Source of the DNA: a bacterium
Lineage (GTDB): Bacteria; Zhuqueibacterota; Zhuqueibacteria; Residuimicrobiales; Krinioviventaceae
Direction of reading: 5' to 3'
Assembly: GCA_963674595.2 (NCBI GenBank)
Contig: CAXXFV010000016.1
Span: 704,001 to 768,000 of the forward strand
Length of the DNA: 64,000 nucleotides
A program made the translations under genes and the position numbers. A model generated the notes under the pieces. The model was not told where the DNA came from. It ran no database searches and saw nothing but the letters and a program-made list of their open reading frames with translations. Positions 20,477 through 31,027 of the stretch are shown here, one piece after another (position 1 is the first letter of the stretch; each line of letters begins with the position of its first letter).

Positions 20477-20505
20477 AAAAGCCGGCGGTTTTAATAACGC
20501 CGGCT
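20477..20505 (-). terminator. Intrinsic terminator for the minus-strand GH106/DUF1961 genes
   Basis: Minus strand reads agccggcg-ttattaaaac-cgccggct followed by ttt. Confidence 0.7.
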
Positions 20506-20530
20506 GGTGAATTAATTAATTTCCAATCGA

Positions 20531-21391
20531 TTAATTTTTTGTTATGCTTTGAGGGATGATTTTAAATACTTGTAAATTTTTAACTTGTGCTCTTACCAAG
20601 CTCCCGATAGCCCGGAATCCAAATTTGCCTGATTGAGGAATCGGTTCAGGAATTTCATTCAAATCCTCAAATCCTCCGGCGAAATTATTGTCAACCCACA
20701 TTTGCAAAATGCTTCCCAGTTTTAATATTTTAATATGATACCAAACACGCGGTTCCTTGCATAAATCAGGTTGCTGGGCCATTAGAAATATTCCCGGATT
20801 TCTGCGCCAATTGCTTACGCCTGTATGTTTCCCTGAATCATCATAACGGCTGATACTCACATGATAGCTTCTCAAATCAGGATTGCGGATGTAATCATCA
20901 AATACGCCACGCCGTTCGGGAAGCTCAGTCAGCATATCTTCTCCATGTCTGCCCTGGCCGGCAATAAAATTGATTACCAGACCATTTGTTTCCATAATAA
21001 ATAAATCATATTCTATGACAATACTATCGGGAAAGTCTGTTTTACAAAAAGCCATACATCCTTCATTTCCCTGCGATGACCCGACACAATTAATTTGAAA
21101 AATATTTGAATCCGGTTGGTTCAGAAAGCCAATGCCTTCGTGCTGCCAATTATCAAGATTCTTGAATTCATCTGTAAAAATAGTTTTTGTTTCGGTAACG
21201 TTGACAGGCCGGATATTATCATTTCCCCATATTTTTACTGAATCCGGATCTGCTATTTTGGCCTGGGCGTTTTTTTGAAAGGTTATTAATTCATCAATAG
21301 TTAACAGTTCCGCCTCTTTTTTTTCTGTACAACTCAGAAAGGCAAACGAAAGGATAATGACTAAATTAAAAAACCTGTGCCAATTTTTCAT
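20531..21391 (-). CDS. DUF1961 (YesU-like) lipoprotein
   Basis: Lipobox FLSC; motifs SYHVSISRY, SNWRRNPG and GKFGFR. Confidence 0.65.
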   Translation of the reverse strand: MKNWHRFFNLVIILSFAFLSCTEKKEAELLTIDELITFQKNAQAKIADPDSVKIWGNDNIRPVNVTETKTIFTDEFKNLDNWQHEGIGFLNQPDSNIFQINCVGSSQGNEGCMAFCKTDFPDSIVIEYDLFIMETNGLVINFIAGQGRHGEDMLTELPERRGVFDDYIRNPDLRSYHVSISRYDDSGKHTGVSNWRRNPGIFLMAQQPDLCKEPRVWYHIKILKLGSILQMWVDNNFAGGFEDLNEIPEPIPQSGKFGFRAIGSLVRAQVKNLQVFKIIPQSITKN

Positions 21392-21442
21392 TTTTTTACT
21401 CTTTTTTGTTTTGAGTGAAAAGTCCGGTTAATTACGTAGCCG

Positions 21443-24400
21443 TTATTTTACAAATAAAACAGATGCCGGAATGATCTGCCGGGAAACACCCGGTCCCTCA
21501 TAATAAACAGCCAAATCTTCTCCGCCGCCGTCCTCAAGATACCCAACTTTAATCGTATGCATCCCGGACTCGAGCTTGATGGTTCCCTGCCTGAACTGTT
21601 TTCCATGAGAACCGTTGTTATCAACGACTTGAATGCCATCAATGAATAACAGGCTGCCGTCATCCGATTCCGTATAAAATGTATACTCGCCGGATTTTTG
21701 TATATGGATATTCCCTGTAAATTCAATTGCAAAATTATTATTCCTTCGATCAATGTTTTCAAAGCTGAATTCAAACACCTTGCCTTTTTTGAGCGGCTGC
21801 AAATTTGTGAAATCCGGTACGCTTTTCCAATTCCCTTCATAATATCCATAATTCACGCCGTTTTTATCATCGACTATATTGAATGTTCTTTCGGCCAACG
21901 GACTTGTCAACCAGCCTTTTTTGTAAGCAACGGCTTTTACTGTACTGCTTTTATCCAATTTAATCGGATTTTCATAATGTATCGACGTTGGGTTTGGTGT
22001 ACTGCCATCCAGCGTATAGTAAATATCTGCATTATCCGTGTTTGTTGTTAAAGTAATTGTAACCGGTTTGTTATTAAAAATTCTCTTTTCAGGGTTTATC
22101 TCCGGTTGTACGACTTTACGATATTTTTTATAAACCCGTTGAGGAGCGCCTTCATATTCAATCAGTTTAAAATCTTGAAATAAACCATATTCAAGAGTGT
22201 CATATACATCTCCGGGAGGTTGGTGTAACGGGGCCGACTGAAATGATGCCGGCCAGGCGCTTCCCCGGACCGGACCTATATGGTGGGGTCCCAATAAATT
22301 TCGCAGCGTACCGATAACAACCACAGATATTTCATTTTTACCGTTAATAATATAATCCGTCACATCCAGTTCATTCGGCTGCCAGGCAATTATTCCGGCC
22401 TCTTTTTTATTGACGAACACTTTAACGACACTGCCTTCCCAAAATGGAACGCTTACAATGTATCGTTTGTCGCCGGGTTGAATATCAAAAGTTTTTGTAT
22501 AAGCAACGCCATCAGAATAAAAAGGCATTCCCTGTTTTTTCCATATTCCTAAATGTAATGGTTGGTGGGGGATGAGACTCCAGCCTTTTTCCTGCGAATT
22601 GAGATTAAAATCTCCCAAAATATAAATCGCTTCCAGTTCTGAAAAGACAGTCATTTTTGAAGCAATTACCGTGATAGTGTTAGTGCCTTTAACAACAAAA
22701 TCACTGATATTATAAACGCCAAAAGACCGGTCGAGCCAACTTTCGTTAGGAATTGGATCGACTATTGTGCCATTAACCGACACGTCCCACAGTTCCGGTT
22801 GTTCGACTACGGCGCGGAGGGTTGATGTTTCAACTCCCGGTTCAACAAAAAAATGATAGGCGGCTTCAAAACCGGTTTCCTCTGTAAAATGATTGCGATC
22901 AAGTATATCGGTTTTGTATTGAACGGCCCTGACCCAGGGCTGCTTGTTAAAACCGACATTTTTAAACAGTTTTTCTGCGGCATCGAAAACATAGATGTTG
23001 TTTTCTGTTGCCCCGTTCATTTTCAAATCACAATAATCAATCGTCAAAACATTGGGCTTGGTTCGTTTTACTGACACGCTGTCCAATGAAGAAACAAATT
23101 TCATCTGAGCGGTTTGTGATTTTTGAGGTATCTCTTTTGCCGAATTATTGATGGTAAAAAGTATACTCCCTTCAGGCGGCAGGTCAAAATCCACAATCAC
23201 TGAATCATTTCTCGCTTTGTACGGATATGTTTCGATTCCGCCATTAAGTAAATCAAGTTCATCAATAGATTTTCCTTTTATGACAAATGTACCCGTGGAC
23301 CATTCCTGTAAACTTGTATTAACAAGAAAAACCAATTCTCCGTCATTCAGGGTCCGCCGGTGATGAAATAATTTCCCGTGTGTTTTTTCCGGATCAATAA
23401 ATTTGATGCCGTTTAATTCTGATAATTGCTGAACCTGTTTATCTGTTAAAGAGTCGGTCTGTTTCCATTGGCCGGCATATTTTTCCTTTAAAGATTTAAT
23501 ATCCTCTTTTTTCAAACCATCGACGTATTTTAGATCGCTGTTAACGGATAATAATTTCCCGCCATTTTGCAAATATTGTTGAATCAAAGAAAAAGTGGGT
23601 GAATCAAGATTTTCCAAAGCCGGCGGGAAAATGACCAGATCATATTTTCGTTTACCGGCAACAAAACGATTCCCCTCAATTTTACCAATATCTTTAATAA
23701 TATTTTCAGAAGCTAGGTCATATTCGATTTGATGCTTTTCCAAATCAACGAGAAAGTTTTGAAAATCATCTCCCAGTTTGTATAATTTTTTGTTTGATTC
23801 TGTGGGCGAATAATACATCCACGATGTGCTTGTCGGTTCAATGACCAGGATTTTGTTTATTTGTTGACCTGAAGAGAGCGCCAGAGACAGCCGTGCAAAA
23901 TATTCTCCCAGTGTAGAATAATCATCCCACCATGGTTCATGATATGAAAAAGACTGTGGATGGTCCCTTTTTCGCGCCCCTTTAATGCTGATATAGGACA
24001 AATGCTGGTCCATAAAATTAACCCCCAAAACATATTCCCAATCGCCGATTCGTTTCATATCTTTAAACGTCAGATCCCAGCCACCGGCCCCATAGGTTTC
24101 ACTCAATGTACGGGCGCGCCCCATTTGGTTGGTAACGCTGCTCAATTCTTTTATAGCGCGAACATTACCAAATTGACCGTTCACATCTTCGCTGTATTGG
24201 TTCATTAAAAGATCAATTGCGGGCATTTGGTGCCAGGCATACATGGCCATGTTATCACCGCCATGTTTGGGATTGGGCCAGCCATGTTCCCAGTAATGGC
24301 CTGTCCATATCAGGTTTTTCTTTTCACAATACTCGTACCAGGGCTTGCTCCAATTTTCTATAAACAGTTCCAGCAGCAGTTCATAATAATTGTGCCGGAC

Positions 24401-25285
24401 ACGTTGCCAATTACCTGTTTCAGAAAACAAAGAGGGCAGGTTGACCTTTAAATCATATCCCCATCGTTGTTTAAATTTTTCAAATAAAGCCGGTGTCCAT
24501 TTTACACCTGATTCCGGATTGATATTTGGTTCATCCGTAAAAATTCCGGGAACGAGTTTACCGAACTCATCTCCGATGGTCTTTTCATAGCCGTCCATTG
24601 TAATTTCTATAAACTTGTCCGTTACGCCATCTAAAAGCAAATCTACATAGGTGCCTCCGCCAAACCGTGGTGATGTCCCAAAATCGGTTTTTTCGAATAA
24701 ATAATAGTCACCTTTTTGATTGATAAATTTTTTATACTCATGGGTAATGTTCTGGAATTTTGTGCCGTCTTTTTTTAAAATCACGAAAATTTTATCATCA
24801 ACAGTTTCAGGTAAATGATCTGCCTGATGCATTACAATACCCAGGCCTTGATTATAAGATTCCGGCATTTCAACAGGCACATGTCCGCCGGCAAATCCAC
24901 TGGGATAGGAATTTTCATCATAAAGCCAGACCTGCATGCCCATTTCTTTACATTTGTCAACCGTATATCGACACAGGGCAAACCATCTGTCCGACAAATA
25001 AGGCGTAATTAATCCCGGACGGGGATGAATAAAAACACCGCCAATACCGCCTGCTTTTAATTCAGCCAACTGGCGGTCAATTTCCTGTTCATCAACTTCG
25101 TTATTCCATACCCAAAGCGGAACGCTGTGATATTCAACAGGTGGATTTTTAAAAAGTTTTTTTACCTGTTCAGAAGAAAATATTTTTACCGTATTCATCT
25201 CTTTTGCATGACCAAATTGCAGAGTAATACAAAATAGCATTATGATTGCAATGAATAAAACTCTTTCCTTCACTTTGATCTCCAT
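21443..25285 (-). CDS. GH106-like glycoside hydrolase with C-terminal FN3/chitobiase-like and PA14 domains
   Basis: PLWVWN, GIGGVFIHPRPGL, WLYDENSYPSGFAGG, FTDEP and SETYGAGGW; YYTLDGSTP (FN3-like); ESDDGSLLFIDG...NNGSH (PA14). Confidence 0.8.
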   Translation of the reverse strand: MEIKVKERVLFIAIIMLFCITLQFGHAKEMNTVKIFSSEQVKKLFKNPPVEYHSVPLWVWNNEVDEQEIDRQLAELKAGGIGGVFIHPRPGLITPYLSDRWFALCRYTVDKCKEMGMQVWLYDENSYPSGFAGGHVPVEMPESYNQGLGIVMHQADHLPETVDDKIFVILKKDGTKFQNITHEYKKFINQKGDYYLFEKTDFGTSPRFGGGTYVDLLLDGVTDKFIEITMDGYEKTIGDEFGKLVPGIFTDEPNINPESGVKWTPALFEKFKQRWGYDLKVNLPSLFSETGNWQRVRHNYYELLLELFIENWSKPWYEYCEKKNLIWTGHYWEHGWPNPKHGGDNMAMYAWHQMPAIDLLMNQYSEDVNGQFGNVRAIKELSSVTNQMGRARTLSETYGAGGWDLTFKDMKRIGDWEYVLGVNFMDQHLSYISIKGARKRDHPQSFSYHEPWWDDYSTLGEYFARLSLALSSGQQINKILVIEPTSTSWMYYSPTESNKKLYKLGDDFQNFLVDLEKHQIEYDLASENIIKDIGKIEGNRFVAGKRKYDLVIFPPALENLDSPTFSLIQQYLQNGGKLLSVNSDLKYVDGLKKEDIKSLKEKYAGQWKQTDSLTDKQVQQLSELNGIKFIDPEKTHGKLFHHRRTLNDGELVFLVNTSLQEWSTGTFVIKGKSIDELDLLNGGIETYPYKARNDSVIVDFDLPPEGSILFTINNSAKEIPQKSQTAQMKFVSSLDSVSVKRTKPNVLTIDYCDLKMNGATENNIYVFDAAEKLFKNVGFNKQPWVRAVQYKTDILDRNHFTEETGFEAAYHFFVEPGVETSTLRAVVEQPELWDVSVNGTIVDPIPNESWLDRSFGVYNISDFVVKGTNTITVIASKMTVFSELEAIYILGDFNLNSQEKGWSLIPHQPLHLGIWKKQGMPFYSDGVAYTKTFDIQPGDKRYIVSVPFWEGSVVKVFVNKKEAGIIAWQPNELDVTDYIINGKNEISVVVIGTLRNLLGPHHIGPVRGSAWPASFQSAPLHQPPGDVYDTLEYGLFQDFKLIEYEGAPQRVYKKYRKVVQPEINPEKRIFNNKPVTITLTTNTDNADIYYTLDGSTPNPTSIHYENPIKLDKSSTVKAVAYKKGWLTSPLAERTFNIVDDKNGVNYGYYEGNWKSVPDFTNLQPLKKGKVFEFSFENIDRRNNNFAIEFTGNIHIQKSGEYTFYTESDDGSLLFIDGIQVVDNNGSHGKQFRQGTIKLESGMHTIKVGYLEDGGGEDLAVYYEGPGVSRQIIPASVLFVK

Positions 25286-25338
25286 TGTTTAGTACCAATC
25301 CATCGTATCCGGTTTTCCGGCACAGTTTCAGGCTTGAT

Positions 25339-25466
25339 CAGACGCTATTGGCTACACTAGCATACTAATTAGGTCGGTCCAGCCACCACCTTTGCTTTGT
25401 CTTTTTCTATTCCTTGCCATGACAAAAGCAAAGAATGGCATGTATTCCTGGGCCAATAAACATCTG
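25339..25466 (-). ncRNA. Candidate structured RNA (long imperfect hairpin) upstream of the GH106 gene; family unknown
   Basis: On the minus strand cagatgtttattggc pairs with gccaatagcgtctg, and gccattctttgcttttgtc pairs with gacaaagcaaaggtggtggc. The mismatches are G-U wobbles only on this strand. Confidence 0.35.
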
Positions 25467-25478
25467 CCCGTAATTTTT

Positions 25479-26246
25479 TTACCTTTTCGTCTTTTTGACT
25501 TTTGTCTTTTTGACTCTTGTTTTTTTGACGGTCGTTCCTTTTCTTGTTTTTGTTTTAGTAACGGTCGTCCTTTTTTTAACCAATGTTGATGATCGGGGAT
25601 GGTATTTTACTTTAGCACTTTTGACTCTGGTGGTTTTGGTGACGGCAAAAGTCCTTCGGTTTGTGTATTTGACCGTACGGGTACGATAAACCTTAACCGT
25701 TACAGGATGATAAGGTTTCCACCAACGCGGGTAAAATCCGAAATGAAAAGTGGATCGATAGGGATGGTAAGCCGGTCTGTAAATCCATGTGATTATCGGC
25801 CAGGTGTGGATGACAACATAGGTCGGCGCTATATAGTAATCGTTACCGTAAATAACTGAATTACCATGGACCTGCATGTTGTATTCATCTTTGTTTTGTT
25901 CTATTTCGATTGTTGCAACGTCCTGAAATTCATCTTCCGCAAGAGGTACCTGAAGTATGATCAAATGAGTGCCATTTTCGACTTCCTCAAGCACACGAAT
26001 AAAATCGACCTCGCCGTTTTCATCCAGGTCAAGATTATTGATACCGATTTCAGGATCGTTCAAAGCTTTTTCAAATTCCTCAAGATTTTCCGATTCTTTA
26101 AACAATTCACTTACAGCTTGCAAGTCCAGACCTTCGGCTGCTTCTACCGTCGGTGTTACAATTGTTACGTCTTCCTGGGCCGAAACGAAACAATAACTGA
26201 CGAGTAAAATCAGCAACGTTGTGGATACAATAAAAAGTTGTTTCAT
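25479..26246 (-). CDS. Secreted hypothetical protein with an acidic N-domain and a Lys/Arg/Thr-rich tail
   Basis: Signal peptide, NNLDLDENGEVD calcium-loop-like motif, and RBS ggagga. Confidence 0.75.
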   Translation of the reverse strand: MKQLFIVSTTLLILLVSYCFVSAQEDVTIVTPTVEAAEGLDLQAVSELFKESENLEEFEKALNDPEIGINNLDLDENGEVDFIRVLEEVENGTHLIILQVPLAEDEFQDVATIEIEQNKDEYNMQVHGNSVIYGNDYYIAPTYVVIHTWPIITWIYRPAYHPYRSTFHFGFYPRWWKPYHPVTVKVYRTRTVKYTNRRTFAVTKTTRVKSAKVKYHPRSSTLVKKRTTVTKTKTRKGTTVKKTRVKKTKVKKTKR

Positions 26247-26551
26247 TGTTTCCTCCGGATTTTTAATAGAACTTTATATTTAGATACTCGTTTAAAAATC
26301 GCAATTTTATTAATATACAAATTTTTTTAAAAATCCATTGTTTTATTTGTGCTTAATTGTATTGATGGTGAAATCAACACGATTAGAATAATTTAAATTT
26401 TTGAAAAGCGTAGGGAGTTGTGTTTTTTTGTTCGATGTGAAATAACAAAAATCAGCTCAGAGATAAATTAGTCCGATATTTTGAGATGTATACGAGCAGA
26501 AATATGGCTTTGGCTTTGTAGAGTATAGTTGCAGCTTTATAAATGAAATAT

Positions 26552-27286
26552 CTACCTATCAATTTCTTTTTTGTAAATATTATAATAAATTTTTTCGACA
26601 CTATAAAGATGGAAAAATTGTAAATTTTTAATTTCGTTTAATTCATTAACAAAGTAAAATATCGGAAGTTTTATTTGTGTCTTGGGAATTGAAACTTCAC
26701 TTTCGAATTCAGGCATATCAATGATTTTTGTATATAATTTTTTCTTTTGATTATTTCCGAGAATATATCTATGCTCTAAGGGAGAAAATGAGTTTGATTT
26801 TTCAAAACCGAACCAAAATAAAGTTTTAAATTTTTTTTCTTCACTGGAATAATCATACACATAATTATCAAGTCCATCAGCATAACCTGATAATACTAAT
26901 ATTTCCAACTCAATATCAGAATCAAGATTGACAAATCGTCTTTGAAAAATGCCTATAGCAGTATATCTAACTTCTTTTGCCCAAAGAGTCTGGTTTGAAT
27001 CAAGAAAATATTCGAATACATATCCTTCATCAATATTTTTAAGACTGTCTGTTTGAATCCAAACTATATAATCATCAATACTATCTCCTGTAAAATCTAT
27101 GGTTGTTACTTTAATAATGGAATCTTTAAACATATTATAAATAAATTTGGGTAATATAGTTTCCTTTTCTTTTTGTAAAAATTTCAAATCTAATTCTTGC
27201 GAAATTGCGAAAGTAAATGAATTAAAAATAATTATTGATATAAAGTATACATTTTTTAAACTTGTTTTATTCGGGAATAAATTCAT
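26552..27286 (-). CDS. Hypothetical secreted protein, AT-rich
   Basis: 244-aa ORF with hydrophobic N-terminus and the loops IDFTGDSIDD and VNLDSDIELE. Confidence 0.6.
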   Translation of the reverse strand: MNLFPNKTSLKNVYFISIIIFNSFTFAISQELDLKFLQKEKETILPKFIYNMFKDSIIKVTTIDFTGDSIDDYIVWIQTDSLKNIDEGYVFEYFLDSNQTLWAKEVRYTAIGIFQRRFVNLDSDIELEILVLSGYADGLDNYVYDYSSEEKKFKTLFWFGFEKSNSFSPLEHRYILGNNQKKKLYTKIIDMPEFESEVSIPKTQIKLPIFYFVNELNEIKNLQFFHLYSVEKIYYNIYKKEIDR

Positions 27287-27395
27287 AATATTTTGATTAT
27301 TATTGTGTTAACAGGCCATTGTCGTTATTTAATAATGGTTACAGTCTGGGCTGTCTTTTTGAACAATGTCAAACAGTTTATCGTAACGTCTTGAG

Positions 27396-28922
27396 CTATT
27401 TATTAGAAATCCTTGCATCCTCGGCCTCCTCGATTCGCGCCTCAAGACGTTTTTGAAGACTTTTTTCGATTTCGGCATATTCATGCTTTCCTGCGAGATT
27501 GTTGAACTGCTTTGGATCTTTTTTCATATCGTACAACATATATTCGTTGCCCTCTTTTCCCCCGGAAGCGTATCGCATGTAGGCCCATTTTTCTGTGCGC
27601 AGACAAAAATCCGGTCCCACCTGTATAAAGGCATCCTCTTTTAATCCGGGCGCATCAGGATTATCCAGCAGGTGTGCAAAGCTTTTTCCCTGGACTTGCT
27701 GTGGCACGTCAAGCCCGGCAAGTTCTGCCAGAGTCGGATAAATGTCTATCAATTCAACAATGGACGCGCATTCGCGGCTTGTTTTTTTCTGTCCGGGAGC
27801 GCTGACAATCAACGGCGGGCGGATGCTTTCTTCGAGTAGACTCATCTTTTGCCACATGGTGTGTTCACCGAGATGGTATCCATGGTCCGACAGGAAAATG
27901 ACAATAGTGTTTTCACGCCGGCCAAGTTCGTCAAGTGTGTCGAGCAGCCGTCCGACCTGTTCGTCCATGTAGCTGATGGAAGCATAGTATCCGCGCAGGC
28001 TCTTGCGCTGGGCCTCGGGTGTGAGTTTATACTTGACGGCGTTTGTCTGTTTTTTTGCTGTTTCGGGTATGTCCTCAAGGTCCCCTTTAGGTACGTAAGG
28101 TACCTGCATTTCATTGACCTCGTATTCTTTGAAAGAACGCCGTGGGGCTACCAGCGGCACATGGGGACGTACAAATCCTACGCCCAGGAAAAATGGCACA
28201 TTGGCAGCGGCACGCTCTTTCAACAATTCAACGGCTTTGTTCGCGGCCGCACCGTCTGCAAGGTCTGCATTATCCACGTCAGCCTCTACAATAACAAAGT
28301 CACTGCCCTGGTGATTGCCATGTTCGATAAACAGCTTGCCGCCTTTGTTTTTAAGGGCCTGCCATTTTTTGCGATATTCATCGTAAACCGGCGTGCTGTC
28401 TTCAAGCATCACATCTTCCGCTTTGCCGGGTGTGAGTGACTCCATTACACTGACGTTATAACGTTCATCCCACGATGCCGGATGATCTGTACCGTTGTCC
28501 CCGGTATAGATATTTCCGGGAACGCCCATGTGATAGATTTTGCTTACGCGTCCGCTCCAGTAACCGGACTCCCTGAAAAGTTGAGGCAATGTGGGGATAT
28601 TTGCATCAAGAACATCGCCGTTGTTTATCACGCCATTGGACAGGGGATAACGCCCGGACATGATCGATGCTCGTGAAGGCCCACAAAGGGGATACTGACA
28701 GTATGCTCTGGTAAATGAGGTCCCGCGTTCCGCCAGCCTGTCCAGGTTCGGGGTTTTGCATTGGGGATGTCCGTAACCGCTCAATGCCGTGTTAAGATCA
28801 TCCGCCATGATGAAAAGGATGTTTGGCCTCTTTTTTATAGAGTTCGTACATGCCGTGAAGGGTAAAACGCTCGCCACGAATGCTGCGTTCAGGGATTTTA
28901 GGAAATCTCTTCGGTTCACCAT
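27396..28922 (-). CDS. Formylglycine-dependent sulfatase (iduronate/choline sulfatase-like) with a Tat signal
   Basis: NRRDFLK, RPNILFIMADDL, catalytic CGPSR, RPHVP and SDHGYHLGEH. Confidence 0.92.
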   Translation of the reverse strand: MVNRRDFLKSLNAAFVASVLPFTACTNSIKKRPNILFIMADDLNTALSGYGHPQCKTPNLDRLAERGTSFTRAYCQYPLCGPSRASIMSGRYPLSNGVINNGDVLDANIPTLPQLFRESGYWSGRVSKIYHMGVPGNIYTGDNGTDHPASWDERYNVSVMESLTPGKAEDVMLEDSTPVYDEYRKKWQALKNKGGKLFIEHGNHQGSDFVIVEADVDNADLADGAAANKAVELLKERAAANVPFFLGVGFVRPHVPLVAPRRSFKEYEVNEMQVPYVPKGDLEDIPETAKKQTNAVKYKLTPEAQRKSLRGYYASISYMDEQVGRLLDTLDELGRRENTIVIFLSDHGYHLGEHTMWQKMSLLEESIRPPLIVSAPGQKKTSRECASIVELIDIYPTLAELAGLDVPQQVQGKSFAHLLDNPDAPGLKEDAFIQVGPDFCLRTEKWAYMRYASGGKEGNEYMLYDMKKDPKQFNNLAGKHEYAEIEKSLQKRLEARIEEAEDARISNK

Positions 28923-29205
28923 ATTCTTAATGACTCTGTTGTTTTATGTTTTATAAAACGTGAAAATTAATTGATCGTTCATGGATTCGTCAGTTAGTCC
29001 GAGGACTTCATTTTTAAAGGGATGGCATGCTATATATTAAATCTCTTTTTTTCGTAACAAGTCTATCTATTGCGTAAATAACACGTCTTTCACTGGTTCC
29101 TGTACAGTTCTGCATACCCTTGGGCGCATTAACAAAAGAATTGGGACCAACTATATCAAACATTCTTTTTTTATGTTTGTACCATTGTTGTTATTTATTA
29201 AATAT

Positions 29206-30906
29206 TTATTTTTTTGTATCCGCTTCAAGTGCGGCGATAGCTGCATCCAACATATAATCTTTGCCATCAACATATATAGCTTTAAGGCTTTCCATGGTGA
29301 TAGGGATACGGACATCCGGCGCAACTCCTCCCTGTAATAAATGGTTGCTATCAATCTGAATTTTACCATTTTTGTCCAGTGAGGCACCATTCGGAAAATT
29401 GACGGTATAGCCGCCGGGCAATTTAACCGTGGCACCTGCCATGCCAAACGATCCATTCGTACTGTGAAAACCGATGACTTTGCCCCTGTTTGCTAATTTC
29501 ATGATTAATGGAAAACCTTCTCCGGTGCTTCCGGTATTATTGCTGATCAACACAGCGACCGGACCCGTATAGGGTGATGAGTCGGGCTGCAATGATATAT
29601 CGCCAATTACTTTAGGCTGCCCTGTTTTTTCATCCATCATTGCGACCTGTTCATAAAAAAGAGTTTTGGACATAAGTGGTGCCATCATCATGGGAGTCAT
29701 TTCATCAATACCACCAAAATTCAGGCGGACATCAATCACGACGCCGTGAACATTGGCGTTCTTAAACTCATCGATAGCATTCCGCACAGCGCCTACCGGA
29801 TTCAGCGTGCCCAATGTCGGCATTTCCATAGTAATTTTCAAATAGCCGTACCCATTCGGCAAAATCTGTGATTCAACTGTTTTCATAAAAGCGTTCATGG
29901 AAATAAGAGGTGATCCCATCAATAGATCTTTTGTTAATGTTTTCATACTGTCATCAATTGCTATCAGGGATGCTTTTCTAATAAATGTTTCATCGGGATT
30001 TTGAAATGTGATAGCAATAGAGTCACCAACCGGCGCACGGCTGAGCAGGTTAAGCTTACGAATATGCTGTAGTTCCATTGTGGCACAGGGAGATGAACTC
30101 CACAGCGTCGAAACCTTTTCCAGGGTATTTAAAATTGGCTGGTTATTCCAGGTCAGGATTTCTGCACCCCAGGCCATACCCGCCTTTTGCGCTGGACCGT
30201 TTTCTTGGAGAATATGCGCGACCACACGGTTGTCGTCCAACTGAATGAGTGCAAATCCGAATCCGCCGCCAATGGCTGCTTTTCCCAGTCCGAATTTATT
30301 TCCTCCCAAACCGACATGACCATCGGGTATGGAAAAAACATACTGACGCAAGGCCAGATAATACGCGGCTGTGTCTGCGGCCTGTTCTGCAGCAACGATC
30401 TGTGGCTTGTAACAAGTATGAAGAGAATCCCAATTAATGGATTTCCATTCTCCGAATGCATAGTTTTTAGCAAGATGTGCATTCAAATGATCAAACGATT
30501 CGCTCCACCCCAGTTGGCTGAAATCGGTGTGACTACCCATAAAAAGTGATGCCTTTAAGCTATTGGTTTTACCAAAAGACCAGGTTAAAATAACAGAAAC
30601 CGCCAGACAGATAACAAATACCAGTTGCCAGATGATTGTCCAGCCGATCCGAATAGCACGAACCCGGGATTTGGATTTTTTAGCTGGAACTTTCCACTGG
30701 TATAATCCGATCACGATAAGGATAGCTGTTATGACATATACCAAAATCAACGTCTGGTAAAAGCCGTCGATCACCAGTTGCAACAACGCGACGACTGCTA
30801 ATCCCACCGGCCACCAACGCAACCATTTTGAAGACGGACGCAGTGCGGAGAGAACAAGCGCTATGAGATTTGCTATGAGTAAAATGATACTTGCTGGATA
30901 GAGCAT
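29206..30906 (-). CDS. Membrane-anchored S41-family peptidase with a PDZ domain
   Basis: About four N-terminal transmembrane helices; DGHV, GFGF (PDZ), IDVRLNFGG, GSTGE and GVAPDV. Confidence 0.8.
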   Translation of the reverse strand: MLYPASIILLIANLIALVLSALRPSSKWLRWWPVGLAVVALLQLVIDGFYQTLILVYVITAILIVIGLYQWKVPAKKSKSRVRAIRIGWTIIWQLVFVICLAVSVILTWSFGKTNSLKASLFMGSHTDFSQLGWSESFDHLNAHLAKNYAFGEWKSINWDSLHTCYKPQIVAAEQAADTAAYYLALRQYVFSIPDGHVGLGGNKFGLGKAAIGGGFGFALIQLDDNRVVAHILQENGPAQKAGMAWGAEILTWNNQPILNTLEKVSTLWSSSPCATMELQHIRKLNLLSRAPVGDSIAITFQNPDETFIRKASLIAIDDSMKTLTKDLLMGSPLISMNAFMKTVESQILPNGYGYLKITMEMPTLGTLNPVGAVRNAIDEFKNANVHGVVIDVRLNFGGIDEMTPMMMAPLMSKTLFYEQVAMMDEKTGQPKVIGDISLQPDSSPYTGPVAVLISNNTGSTGEGFPLIMKLANRGKVIGFHSTNGSFGMAGATVKLPGGYTVNFPNGASLDKNGKIQIDSNHLLQGGVAPDVRIPITMESLKAIYVDGKDYMLDAAIAALEADTKK

Positions 30907-31027
30907 AATCGATTCCTTTCCGTTTCGTTAGTGGTAAGCATTTTGTTGAAAAGGCAGCATTAAGCAGCTCCTTGTAGATTTGTGTTTTGGCGAATATTAT
31001 GTTTAACTGTAGTAATTTGATGGCTAT

